Positions 1 to 9,050 are shown, numbered from the stretch's first letter. The stretch is 64,000 bases of DNA from an uncultured Candidatus Binatia bacterium (GCA_965215605.1 OZ244070.1:2016001-2080000); one strand, 5' to 3'. Made by a program: numbers and translations. Notes: generated from the sequence alone by a model not told the origin.

Positions 1-128
1 TCTCCGTAGACGCTGTTCTCGGTGGTGGACGCCAGCACCGGCCGCCGCTGGTACAGCTCCGGATCGAACAGCTCCCACATCTCCGGATGCTCGATAATGT
101 GCGTGTCCGCATCGACGACGCCTGGCAT
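1..128 (-). CDS. Amidohydrolase_2 family protein, 5' part (runs off the window)
   Basis: Manual translation MPGVVDADTHIIEHPEMWELFDPELYQRRPVL...; the DADxH motif matches paralogs at 3011 and 4169; AAGGAGG RBS upstream. Confidence 0.8.
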   Translation of the reverse strand, partial: MPGVVDADTHIIEHPEMWELFDPELYQRRPVLASTTENSVYG

Positions 129-181
129 GGTGACCTCCTTCGGGTGGGTGTTGATTTGCTGTGTGATGGGGATGACCCGTA

Positions 182-412
182 TCAGATGGGTTGCGAGGCG
201 GTAAGCTTTTCGAGGATTTGCGTCCGCACATTCTTGCCGCCTACCGACCTTTCTGCCAGCACGACGACGCCGCTGCCGTTGCTCTTGCGTTGCCACAACT
301 CGCCGACGGTGCGTTTCTCCGCGGTGTCGGGGCCTTCGGCGATGTGGGCGCCCTTGTACTCGACCACCAAAAGGCGGTCGTCATTCATGCGGGCGACGAA
401 GTCGGGGTAGAA
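182..412 (-). pseudogene. C-terminal fragment of a type III restriction (Res) endonuclease subunit, cut by IS3
   Basis: FYPDFVA...LLVVEYKG (PD-(D/E)xK motif typical of the type III Res C-terminus) begins exactly at the IS end. Confidence 0.65.
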
Positions 413-475
413 TGAGGTGGTCCTGGTTTGTAGGACAGGAAGGCGGCGGAGATAAGGTGTATTCCAGACGTTCGA

Positions 476-1399
476 TCATGCCGCCAAGGTCCCGTTTATC
501 ACGTCTTCGTGTTCCGATGGAACTGACAGAGGGGCGGGCGGGGTGTGAGGTCCGGCCTGCCTCTTGAGTCCTCGTTCGTAGGCCTCGGCCGGGGTGGAGC
601 CGGCGAGGGCGGAATGAGGCCTTTGGGTGTTGTAGAAGTGGAGCCAGTTGGCGATGGTCCTTTGGGCGGCGAAGCCGTCCGAGAGCTCGTGCAGGTAGAC
701 GGCCTCGTACTTGAGGGAGCGCCACAGGCGCTCGATGAAGATGTTGTCCATGCACCGGCCCCTGCCGTCCATGGAGATGGCGACGCCGGCGTCCTTGAGC
801 ACGGAGGTGAACTCCAGGCTGGTGAACTGGCTGCCCTGGTCGGTGTTGAAGATCTCGGGAGGGCCGTAGCGTTCCAGAGCCTCTGAGAGGGCCTCGACAC
901 AGAAGCGGGCATCGAGGGTGTTCGACAGCCTCCAGGAGAGCACCCGGCGGGTGGCCCAGTCCATCACCGCCACCAGGTACAGGAAGCCCTTCTGGACAGG
1001 GATATAGGTGATGTCGGAGGTCCACGCGTGATTGGGCCGTTCGATGGCGACCCCCTTGAGCCGATAGGGGTAGACCCGGTGCTCGGGGTGCGGTCGGGTG
1101 GTCCGCGGCGCCTGGTAGATGGCCTGGAGACCCATCAGGCGCATCAGACGCCGCACCCGGTGACGACCCACTCGGACTCGCTCCCGCCACAGATGGCGGA
1201 CCATCTGGCGGCTGCCGTAGAAGGGGTACTCCAGAAACAACTCATCGATCCGGCGCATCAGCGCCAGATTCTCCGCGCTCTCGCCCTTGGGCCTGTGGTA
1301 CACGGAGGATCGACTCACTCGAAGCAGATGGCATTGACGGCTCAAGCTGAGCTTGGGATGGCCGGGCTCGATCATCCCCCGGCGCTTCTCCCGGCTCAC
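476..1399 (-). CDS. IS3 transposase OrfB (DDE integrase core)
   Basis: YGSR, WTSDITY, NTDQGSQF, DNIFIERLWRSLKYE, YNTQRPH motifs; a GTG overlaps the orfA stop; likely also made as an OrfAB frameshift fusion. Confidence 0.92.
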   Translation of the reverse strand: MSREKRRGMIEPGHPKLSLSRQCHLLRVSRSSVYHRPKGESAENLALMRRIDELFLEYPFYGSRQMVRHLWRERVRVGRHRVRRLMRLMGLQAIYQAPRTTRPHPEHRVYPYRLKGVAIERPNHAWTSDITYIPVQKGFLYLVAVMDWATRRVLSWRLSNTLDARFCVEALSEALERYGPPEIFNTDQGSQFTSLEFTSVLKDAGVAISMDGRGRCMDNIFIERLWRSLKYEAVYLHELSDGFAAQRTIANWLHFYNTQRPHSALAGSTPAEAYERGLKRQAGPHTPPAPLSVPSEHEDVINGTLAA

Positions 1400-1677
1400 C
1401 ACTTGAGCCCTTTGGCCAAAAAATCCCGCTCCACCGTCAACTCCCCGATCTTCGCGTGCAGGTCCCGAATCTCCCCCTCGTGGTCGCCCCTCGTCCGCTC
1501 CGCACCCTTCGTGAAAACCTCCTTCATCCCCTCCACCGCACGCTGCTTCCACGTGCTCACCTGGTTCGGATGAACCTTGTGCCGCACAGCGATCTCCTGG
1601 ATCGTCTTGTCCCCCCGCAGCGCCTCCAGCGCCACCTTCGCCTTGAACTCTCCGCTGAACCTTCGTCGTGTGCTCAT
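1396..1677 (-). CDS. IS3 transposase OrfA (HTH)
   Basis: MSTRRRFSGEFKAKVALEALRG...HPNQVSTWK; ends with a GATTTTTTG run (candidate -1 frameshift site). Confidence 0.92.
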   Translation of the reverse strand: MSTRRRFSGEFKAKVALEALRGDKTIQEIAVRHKVHPNQVSTWKQRAVEGMKEVFTKGAERTRGDHEGEIRDLHAKIGELTVERDFLAKGLKW

Positions 1678-2051
1678 TGCGTATCCCTCCCTAAGTCGGT
1701 GGAATACACCTTAGCAACCTGTCCGATTTTCCAGGACCACCTCAGCGGAGCGTCAATGCCTTGCGCGCGCGACCAACGCTCGGCCAATTTTTTCAGTTCC
1801 GGAAGTTGGACAGGCCAGTCGTGCAAGGTGGCGGGGTCGAAGTCGGCGCCGTTCGGCCAGATCAGGGTATGGACTTCCGGATCGATTCGGACTTGTTCGA
1901 AAAGGGACGGATCACGAAGGGGACCGAACAGTTCGCCCTCCAATACGTCCTGGAAGTCTATGACCTGTTCCGTCTCATCGTCGAAACGAATGCGAAGCGT
2001 GTACGGTGCTTCAACTTCAAAGGAAATCACACGATAGATGGGGTGACTCAT
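1674..2051 (-). CDS. DUF2442 family protein (putative antitoxin); C-terminus reads into the IS
   Basis: YTLRIRFDD...GELFGPLRDPSLFEQVRID...TLIWPNGADFDP pattern; located downstream of a DUF4160 remnant. Confidence 0.8.
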   Translation of the reverse strand: MSHPIYRVISFEVEAPYTLRIRFDDETEQVIDFQDVLEGELFGPLRDPSLFEQVRIDPEVHTLIWPNGADFDPATLHDWPVQLPELKKLAERWSRAQGIDAPLRWSWKIGQVAKVYSTDLGRDTQ

Positions 2052-2062
2052 CGGCGCCTCCC

Positions 2063-2176
2063 TCATTGAAGAGGATCTATCTTAAAGGGCATCCGCCCTG
2101 ATTGAAGTCGTCGCCAGTCGGTCAGTAATTCTTCGTGATGCAATTCCACCCAAGCCTCGACCAAACGCTGCTGTCG
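2063..2176 (-). pseudogene. C-terminal remnant of a DUF4160 family protein
   Basis: Manual translation RQQRLVEAWVELHHEELLTDWRRLQSGRMPFKIDPLQ*; N-terminus absent. Confidence 0.72.
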
Positions 2177-2230
2177 CTACATTTCCGGATGTTCGATAAT
2201 GTGCGTGTCCGCGTCCACGACTCCCGGCAT
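2177..2230 (-). pseudogene. Orphan 17-codon duplicate of the amidohydrolase start (MPGVVDADTHIIEHPEM*)
   Basis: Encodes the same amino acids as 78..128 with six synonymous changes; has the same CCCGAAGGAG RBS; followed by TAG. Confidence 0.85.
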
Positions 2231-2253
2231 GAGTTTCTCCTTCGGGCGATTAG

Positions 2254-2283
2254 TTGACTCATACTATATGAGTTAAATATACT
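2254..2283 (+). promoter_or_regulatory. Sigma70-like promoter with an overlapping palindromic operator for vapBC
   Basis: TTGACT(2254)-18 bp-TATACT(2278); inverted repeat TTGACTCATA-cta-TATGAGTTAA. Confidence 0.65.
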
Positions 2284-2289
2284 GTGCCA

Positions 2290-2535
2290 ATGACTAAGCG
2301 GCTACAGGTCCTTTTCGATGAGGAAGAATATCGAGAGTTGCGGGAGTGTGCCCGTAGCCAGAGGATGACTGTAGCCGAATGGGTTCGGCAGGCGCTGCGC
2401 AAGGCGCGAAGCGACGATCCTGGAAGCATCGACACCAAGCTTCGCGCCATCGCGGATGCGTCGCGGCATGAGTTTCCGACCGCAGACATTGACGTGATGC
2501 TGCAGGAGATTGAATCCGGGCGACGAATCACGTGA
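2290..2535 (+). CDS. RHH/CopG-like antitoxin (VapB-type)
   Basis: [14 protein letters not shown]...[10 protein letters not shown]; GTGA overlap with the PIN toxin gene. Confidence 0.8.
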   Translation: MTKRLQVLFDEEEYRELRECARSQRMTVAEWVRQALRKARSDDPGSIDTKLRAIADASRHEFPTADIDVMLQEIESGRRIT

Positions 2536-2927
2536 TCTTCATTGACTCCAACGTGCCGATGTACGTGGTGGGTGCTCCACATCCCAACAAAGACCGTGTT
2601 CTCGCGTTGCTGGCCCAGTTCGCCGGGGACAGGGAACGGCTCGTCACTGACGTGGAAGTCTACCAGGAGATACTTCATCGGTACACGGCGATCCGACGGC
2701 TCGACGCCATCGACGTGGCATTCCGAAGCCTGGATGCGATCACCGATGAGATCCTGCCCTTCGGAATCTCCGAGGTTCGTGCTGCCAAGGGGCTCCTCGA
2801 TACCGTGGAGGGGCTTTCTGCTCGTGATGCACTTCACGTGGCCGTGATGCGTCGAGCCGGGATTCATCGGATCCTGAGTTTCGATCGAGGCTTCGACAAC
2901 TGCCCGGGTGTCGAGCGTTTGAGGTAG
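2532..2927 (+). CDS. vapC: VapC PIN-domain toxin
   Basis: IFIDSN, EVYQE, RDALHVA, SFDRGFD acidic PIN motifs. Confidence 0.9.
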   Translation: MIFIDSNVPMYVVGAPHPNKDRVLALLAQFAGDRERLVTDVEVYQEILHRYTAIRRLDAIDVAFRSLDAITDEILPFGISEVRAAKGLLDTVEGLSARDALHVAVMRRAGIHRILSFDRGFDNCPGVERLR

Positions 2928-3010
2928 GCCAATTCCGGTTGACGGGCTCGCTTCAACCCGGATAATCTCGGACCGTATCTCACAGCTATCCACGGAAGGA
3001 GAGCGATCCA

Positions 3011-4087
3011 ATGGGATGGGTAGACGCTGACGCGCATGTCGTCGAGAGTCCGCGTACTTGGGACTATCTCACGCCCTCGGAACAGAAGTACCGGCCGGCT
3101 CTGTTCGACCCGAACGACGGGACGCAGCGGCAGAACTGGGTCATCGACGGGAAGATCCGGGGGCTGTTCCGGTTCGCGTTCACCGAGGAGGCGCTGGTGG
3201 AGCGCTCGCAGAGGGTCGGCAGGCAGATGACCACCTCCATGGAGACCCGCGACGTGGCCAACGTGGGGGCGCGCCTGGCCCACATGGACGAGCTGGGCAT
3301 CGACGTGCAGATCCTCTACACCAGCATCTTCCTGGACCAGTGCACCGAGCGGCCGGAAGTGGACGTGGCCCTTTGCGGCGCCTACAATCGCTGGCTGGCG
3401 GATATCTGGAAGGAAGGCAAGGGGCGGCTGCGCTGGATGTGCGTGCTGCCGTTTCTCAGCATGCCGGACGCCATGGACCAGTTGCGCTTCGCCAAGGAGA
3501 ACGGCGCCTGCGGCGTCTTCATGCGGCCGATGGAGGGTCCCCGAAGCGTGGACGACCCGTACTTCTTCCCGTTCTACGAGGAGGCTTCGAAGCTGGACCT
3601 GTGCATCGGGCTGCACCAGTCCAACGGCAACGCCAACCTGGTGGACATGCTGGCCAACCCCGACGGCACCCGCGACTTCTTCAACCAGTACCGTATCTTC
3701 AACGTCGGCGCCTTCTTCCGGCTGGTGAGCTCCGGCGTGCCCAAGACCTTTCCCAGGCTGCGGTTCGGGTTCATCGAGACCGCGGCATCGTGGATACCCT
3801 GGGTGGTCTACGAGTTGCGCCGGCGGCTGGATACGGTGGACAACAAGCTGCCGGAGGACCTGCTGGACGAGTACAACCTGTACGTGACCTGCCAGATCGG
3901 CGACGACGTGCCGTACCTGCTGCAACAGGCCGGCGACGGCGCGTTGATGATCGGCACCGACTACGGCCACGCCGATTCCTCCACGGAACTGGAGGCCCTC
4001 ACTTCGCTCAAGGAGGGCGGCGGCATCAGCAATGAGATGCACACCAGGATCGTGGACGACAACCCGCGGCAGTTCTACGGGCTGTAA
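3011..4087 (+). CDS. Amidohydrolase_2 family protein
   Basis: DADAHV, AYNRWL, GFIETAASW, GTDYGH motifs. Confidence 0.88.
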   Translation: MGWVDADAHVVESPRTWDYLTPSEQKYRPALFDPNDGTQRQNWVIDGKIRGLFRFAFTEEALVERSQRVGRQMTTSMETRDVANVGARLAHMDELGIDVQILYTSIFLDQCTERPEVDVALCGAYNRWLADIWKEGKGRLRWMCVLPFLSMPDAMDQLRFAKENGACGVFMRPMEGPRSVDDPYFFPFYEEASKLDLCIGLHQSNGNANLVDMLANPDGTRDFFNQYRIFNVGAFFRLVSSGVPKTFPRLRFGFIETAASWIPWVVYELRRRLDTVDNKLPEDLLDEYNLYVTCQIGDDVPYLLQQAGDGALMIGTDYGHADSSTELEALTSLKEGGGISNEMHTRIVDDNPRQFYGL

Positions 4088-4102
4088 ATGCGATGTGGGC
4101 GC

Positions 4103-4136
4103 GGGCGGGTTTGAAACGTTCGAAACCCGCCCCTAC
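4103..4136 (-). repeat. GTAG-type REP-like palindrome
   Basis: GTAG-GGGCGGGTTT..AAACCCGCCC; related copies at 6575, 14263, 18554, 23524 and 54938. Confidence 0.7.
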
Positions 4137-4168
4137 AGAGGACAGCGGACGGCAAGGGAGAGCATGGA

Positions 4169-5206
4169 ATGATCGGATATCCTGTCATCGACGCGGACGG
4201 CCACCTGACGGAGCCCATGACCGCTTACCGGGAGCGGATTCCGGAGCCCTACAGCTCGGCCCGGGAGCTGTTCCCCCAGGACGGCTGGGATCGGGACCTG
4301 GGGCGCATGGGGCACCGGGTGGCGGAACCCGAGCGGGAGCTGGCGGACATCGACGCCGAGGGCATCGACAGCGCGGTGCTGTTTCCTACGGCCGGGCTGA
4401 GCATCGGCAACGTGCGCGATCCGGCCCGGGCCCGGGTTCTGGCCACGGCCTACAACGGTTGGCTGCATGAGTTCTGCAGCGCGTCGCCGGAGCGCATCAA
4501 GGGCGTGGGCATCGTCGGGCTGCAGGAGGTCGAGAGCGCGGTGGACGAGCTGGAGCGGCTGGTGGAGCTGGGCATGGTGGCGGTGCAGGTGCCCACCTAC
4601 GTGGCTTGGCGCAAGCTCTCGGACCGGGAGCTGGATCCGTTCTACGCCGCGGTGGAGCGGTTGGGCGTGCCCGTTGCGGTCCACAGCCAGCCGCGGGACG
4701 CGGCCGGCACCGACCGGTTCGACAAGTTCCTGGCCATCCACGCCGTGACCCATCCGTTCGAGCAGATGATCGCCATGACCCAGCTCATCTTCGGCGGCGT
4801 GCTGGAGCGCTATCCCAGGCTGAAGGTCGGGTTCCTGGAGTCCGGCGCCGGCTGGGTGCCTTACTGGATGGACCGGCTGGACGAGGAGTGGGAGAAGCGG
4901 GGCGACGTGGAGGCGCCGCTATGCACGCGGCCGCCCAGCGAGTACGTGCGCCGCGGCCGCTGCTACTTCGGCGTGGAGTGCGAGGAGCTCACCATCCCCG
5001 ACGCCATCCGCCACATCGGCGACCGCTGCCTGCTGTACTCGTCGGACAACCCCCACTGGGACACGGACTGGCCCCATTCGGTGGAGAAGCTGCGCAAGCG
5101 CGACGACCTCACCGAGGAGAACAAGCACCGCATCCTGTGCCGGAATGCCGCCGATTTCTATGGCATGTCGGTAAGCGAGATCGCCGCCGTGCCGGCGCAA
5201 GCGTAG
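4169..5206 (+). CDS. Amidohydrolase_2 family protein
   Basis: IDADGH, AYNGWL, GFLESGAGWVP, SSDNPHWD motifs. Confidence 0.88.
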   Translation: MIGYPVIDADGHLTEPMTAYRERIPEPYSSARELFPQDGWDRDLGRMGHRVAEPERELADIDAEGIDSAVLFPTAGLSIGNVRDPARARVLATAYNGWLHEFCSASPERIKGVGIVGLQEVESAVDELERLVELGMVAVQVPTYVAWRKLSDRELDPFYAAVERLGVPVAVHSQPRDAAGTDRFDKFLAIHAVTHPFEQMIAMTQLIFGGVLERYPRLKVGFLESGAGWVPYWMDRLDEEWEKRGDVEAPLCTRPPSEYVRRGRCYFGVECEELTIPDAIRHIGDRCLLYSSDNPHWDTDWPHSVEKLRKRDDLTEENKHRILCRNAADFYGMSVSEIAAVPAQA

Positions 5207-5223
5207 TTTCAGGGAAGTATCAA

Positions 5224-5267
5224 GGGGTCAGCCCCGCGTGTCCCGTTCGGGCGCGAAGGCTGACCCC
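5224..5267. terminator. Hairpin between convergent genes
   Basis: GGGGTCAGCC...GGCTGACCCC 10-bp stem with an inner stem. Confidence 0.45.
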
Positions 5268-5295
5268 GAGAAAACCACTCCGTCGGTGGACCGCT

Positions 5296-5616
5296 CTACA
5301 GCGTTCCCGAGCTCTTGACCGGAGGCATGTGCATCTCCGGTCCTTCCTCCTCGTCGACCCACCCCCCCTGTTCGGCCTCGTTCAGCACGTTGAGGATGGT
5401 ATCCACGAGCTTCCGGGCCGAATCGACGCTGAGTTCCACGGCCACACGCGCGCCCGGGCCCTCGGCCTCGTTGACGAAGTCGATGTTGAGGGAGTGCTCA
5501 CGGAAGACGTGGTACGGATGGTCATAGGCCACGTTGGCCTGGTTGACCTTGAACCAGTCTTCGGAGTTCTTGCCGCTGCCCTCCATCACGACTTTCTTGG
5601 CGATCATGGTGCACAT
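5296..5616 (-). CDS. Small conserved hypothetical protein (DUF6295-like)
   Basis: MCT...GSGK...YDHPYH...EHSLNIDF...ARVAVEL pattern; RBS present; co-oriented with the dienelactone hydrolase. Confidence 0.7.
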   Translation of the reverse strand: MCTMIAKKVVMEGSGKNSEDWFKVNQANVAYDHPYHVFREHSLNIDFVNEAEGPGARVAVELSVDSARKLVDTILNVLNEAEQGGWVDEEEGPEMHMPPVKSSGTL

Positions 5617-5643
5617 GGTCGTCTCCTTTCGCGGCCCAGTGTC

Positions 5644-6399
5644 TTAGCCGAGCTGTGTCTCGAAGAACCCGAGGAGTTTCTTCCAACCGTCCACCGCCTG
5701 CTCCTGACGGTAGTTGGGGCGGTCGTAGTAGAAGAAGCCGTGGCCGGCGCCGTCGTAGCGATGGAACTCGTAGTTCTTGCCGTGCTTCTTGAGCTCGGCC
5801 TCGTGCTGGTCCACCTGTTCCGGCGACGGGCTCTTGTCGTCGTTGCCGAAGATCCCCAGGATCGGGCAGGAGAGGTCGGCGGTATAGTCGATGGGTGCGA
5901 CGGGCTGCTTTGCGTTCAGGTCGTCCCCGCTCGCCACCACGCGGCCGCCCCAGCACTCCACCACCGCGTCGAAGCCCTGGGAGCGGCAGGCGGTGAGAAA
6001 GGCGTGGCGTCCACCCGAGCAGGTCCCCCAGATGCCGACCTTGCCGTTGTGGTAGGGCATGGAGCGCAGATACTGCATGGCGCCCGCCAGGTCGCCAACC
6101 ACTTGGTCGTCGGCCACGCCGCCGTCGGCCCGGATCTTGGCGGCCACGTCCTCCGGCGTACCGGGGCCGGCCCGGTGATAGAGGTCGGGCGAGATGGTGG
6201 CGAAACCGTGGTGCGCGAGCCTGCGCGTCGCCTCGCGGTACCACTCGTCCCAGCCGGGCAGATGGTGGATCGCCACCACGCCCGGGAACGGGCCCGCGCC
6301 CAGCGGACGCGCGTAGTAGGCGTTGATGGTGTCGCCGTTGTGGCCCTGGATGGTGATGGTCTCGGCCAGCATGCCTTCGTATTGGTCGGTCGTGTACAT
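5644..6399 (-). CDS. Dienelactone hydrolase family protein
   Basis: GxCxGG (GTCSGG) nucleophile, AGHGF histidine; AGGAGG RBS. Confidence 0.88.
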   Translation of the reverse strand: MYTTDQYEGMLAETITIQGHNGDTINAYYARPLGAGPFPGVVAIHHLPGWDEWYREATRRLAHHGFATISPDLYHRAGPGTPEDVAAKIRADGGVADDQVVGDLAGAMQYLRSMPYHNGKVGIWGTCSGGRHAFLTACRSQGFDAVVECWGGRVVASGDDLNAKQPVAPIDYTADLSCPILGIFGNDDKSPSPEQVDQHEAELKKHGKNYEFHRYDGAGHGFFYYDRPNYRQEQAVDGWKKLLGFFETQLG

Positions 6400-6673
6400 C
6401 ATTTCCTCCTTGAGATTTTCTTCTTGCGGATCCGACTTCGTCACGCCGCGACGACCTGCCGGGCGTTCCCATTCGCTGACAGAACTAATAACAAGGCGCG
6501 GTGGAATTCAACCCCGGCTGTCTTGACGGGGCGGCGGCGCCTTCAGTAGGATGGACAGGAAGGCGTGACGAAGTGTAGGGGCGGGTGCCGGACCCGTCCG
6601 TGCCCGCAATCCGTGGCAGAACACGGAAAGACAACCCCATTGACACACCGCTAGCGCGAAGGAGGACTTGCTC

Positions 6674-7786
6674 ATGTACGTCTGTCTATCCCCTGGAGGC
6701 CAGTTGTTGACCCAAGGCGAAGCCGCCCGCGAAAAGTTGCTGGTGGGCACCGTCGACGGTGTGTTCTCGTTCCACCGGGCCGACGGCTCGTGGCAGCAGG
6801 ACAACGTGCACCTGCCCGGAAAGCACGCGAGTTCCGTCATCTTCGAACCGACCACGGAGACGCTGTTCGTCGGCACCTACGGCTGCGAGATCTATGCCAG
6901 CGCCGATCAGGGAAGCACCTGGGAGAAGCGGGACAGCGGCATCGGCGACAAGGAGATCTACTCGCTGGGGACGCAGTTGGTGGACGGCAAGCCCAGGGTC
7001 TACGCCGGCACGCAACCTGCGCATCTGTACTACAGCGACGACCTCGGCAAGAGTTGGACCGACCTGCCGGGTCTGCGCCAGGTGCCGGGCGTCGAGAAGT
7101 GGACTTTTCCGGGACCGCCGCATCAGGCCCACGCCAAGAGCATCACGTTCCATCCCACCGACCCCGACATCATCCACGTGGCGGTGGAGGTGGGCGGCTT
7201 CCTGCGCACCACCGACGGCGGCCAGACCTGGAGCGCCATCCCCAACATCAATCCCGATGCGCACCGGGTGTTCATTCCGTCCAACGATCCGGACAAGCTC
7301 TACGGCACGGCGCCCACCACCAACTGCGGGCCGGAGGTGACGGCGGGTTTCTGCGTGAGCGGCGACGGCGGCGCCACCTGGAAGAGCATGACGCCGCGGG
7401 ACTTCCGCATCGGCTACGTGGACCCGTTCTTCGTCCACCCCCAAGATCCCAAGCTGCTGTTCGTGGCCGGCGCCAAGACCGGCCCCGGCACCTGGCGCAA
7501 GCTCCACACCGCGGACGCCCGGGTGGCGCGCAGCCGTGACGGCGGCGAGACCTGGGACATCCTGGGCGAGGGACTGCCCGAGCACATCCGCGCCAACATC
7601 GAGGGCATGTGCATGGACGCGTGGAACGGCGGCTATGCGATCTTCGCCGGCACAACCGACGGCGACATCTTCTACAGCGACGACGAAGGCGAGCACTGGA
7701 CCACCATCGCCAAGGGCATCGGCCCGGTGTCCAAGTCCCATCACCACATCAACCTCTCCCTGGAGGGCGAGGCCGCGCACCACTAG
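6674..7786 (+). CDS. BNR/Asp-box beta-propeller protein (sialidase/Ycf48-like fold)
   Basis: Repeated SxDxGxTW Asp boxes; GGAGGA RBS. Confidence 0.82.
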   Translation: MYVCLSPGGQLLTQGEAAREKLLVGTVDGVFSFHRADGSWQQDNVHLPGKHASSVIFEPTTETLFVGTYGCEIYASADQGSTWEKRDSGIGDKEIYSLGTQLVDGKPRVYAGTQPAHLYYSDDLGKSWTDLPGLRQVPGVEKWTFPGPPHQAHAKSITFHPTDPDIIHVAVEVGGFLRTTDGGQTWSAIPNINPDAHRVFIPSNDPDKLYGTAPTTNCGPEVTAGFCVSGDGGATWKSMTPRDFRIGYVDPFFVHPQDPKLLFVAGAKTGPGTWRKLHTADARVARSRDGGETWDILGEGLPEHIRANIEGMCMDAWNGGYAIFAGTTDGDIFYSDDEGEHWTTIAKGIGPVSKSHHHINLSLEGEAAHH

Positions 7787-7913
7787 CGCGGGTCCCGCGT
7801 GAACCCGCGAGGAAATCGACAAGGCTTCCCGTAGCCGGCAACAGCGCCGGCTACGGGGAGTTGTCGATGTCGCGGCTCGCAGCAACGGGCACCATGCCGG
7901 CGGGGCTCCGCCC

Positions 7914-9050
7914 TTGTTCATCCTTTCATACGTTCGGGTTGCGTTCCTGAGCCTGACGCTGTTGCTTCATCTGTTGGGCGGCGAGGGCTTGAGGAAGCTT
8001 CTGCGGGGTTTGCGCCGGCGCGGACCAACCGTGCGGACCCTGGCCATTGCCGCGGGCGACCGGCGGATGGCCGCTGATCTCTATATCGTGCCGGATGCCC
8101 GGCCACGCGCCGGTTTGCTCGTCACCCACGGGGTGCTCGAAACGGGCAAGGACGACCCGCGTCTGGTGGCGTTGGCGAAGGAACTGGCCGGCTGCGGATT
8201 CGCCGTGCTGGTACCCGAGCTCGACGGCCTCAAGTCGCTTCGGCTGGAGATGAAGGAGGCCGACGACATCGTGGCGGCCTTCCGCTTCCTGCTGTCGATG
8301 GAGGACGTGGACAGCACCCGCGCGGGCCTGTTCGGGATCAGCTTTGCCGCCGGTCCGATTCTGAAGGCCGCGGCCGACCCGTCCATCCGGGAACGGGTGA
8401 AGTTCGTGGTGTCCTTCGGAGGCTACTACGACACCGTCAACGTGGTCCGCTACCTCACCACCGGCCGGGACGAATACCAGGGCTACCGGCACCTCCAGGC
8501 ACCTGATATCTATGCACGGTACGTGTTCGTGAAGAATCTCCTGGTCCATTTGACGGTGGAGGAGGATCGCCGGGTGCTGTCCGGTCTGCTCGATGCCATG
8601 GAGCGGGAAGCCGATGCCGGCGCCACCAACCGGGAAGGGGAGGCGCCGATGATCGCGCCGGACCGGCTCACCGAAGCCGGACGGGCCGTCTACGGCCTGA
8701 TCCGCAACCAGGACCCGGATCGGGTCCAGAGCCTGATGGAGGCGACGGAGCCCGCCGTGCGAAGCTATCTGGAGAGCCTTTCCCTGCGCGCGATCGTGCC
8801 GCGGGTCGGGGCGCGGTTGCTCATCGGCCACGGCGACACCGACCCGCTGCTCCCTTCGACCGAGAGCCTGCGGCTGGCCGACGCGGCGCCCGACCCGAGC
8901 CGCGTCCACGTCGCAATCCTGAAGGTCGTGAGCCACGTGGACGCGCGGCTTTCCGTGCGCTCGGTCCGCGAGTTCGTGACGACGACCCTGCCGTCCTGCT
9001 GCTGGTTCTACGGGCTGATCTTCCGGATCCTGCGGCAGCAACTCGATTAA
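7914..9050 (+). CDS. Alpha/beta hydrolase fold protein
   Basis: VTHG, GISFA nucleophile elbow, HGDTDP and a late His; start codon uncertain. Confidence 0.68.
   Translation: MFILSYVRVAFLSLTLLLHLLGGEGLRKLLRGLRRRGPTVRTLAIAAGDRRMAADLYIVPDARPRAGLLVTHGVLETGKDDPRLVALAKELAGCGFAVLVPELDGLKSLRLEMKEADDIVAAFRFLLSMEDVDSTRAGLFGISFAAGPILKAAADPSIRERVKFVVSFGGYYDTVNVVRYLTTGRDEYQGYRHLQAPDIYARYVFVKNLLVHLTVEEDRRVLSGLLDAMEREADAGATNREGEAPMIAPDRLTEAGRAVYGLIRNQDPDRVQSLMEATEPAVRSYLESLSLRAIVPRVGARLLIGHGDTDPLLPSTESLRLADAAPDPSRVHVAILKVVSHVDARLSVRSVREFVTTTLPSCCWFYGLIFRILRQQLD

Larger units (their letters stand above)
413..1744 (-). mobile_element. IS3-family insertion sequence (1332 bp)
   Basis: TG...CA ends; terminal IR TGAGGTGGTCCTGG (14 bp perfect), plus shared GGACAGG and TAAGGTGTATTCCA boxes at both ends; orfA/orfB organisation; no target duplication. 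Confidence 0.93.

Noticed and set aside
4606-6549. Long alternative-frame ORFs (e.g. 4606-6549, 16698-18545, 43130-45205)
   Set aside because: Shadow ORFs of high-GC coding DNA; they overlap well-supported genes and have no recognisable motifs
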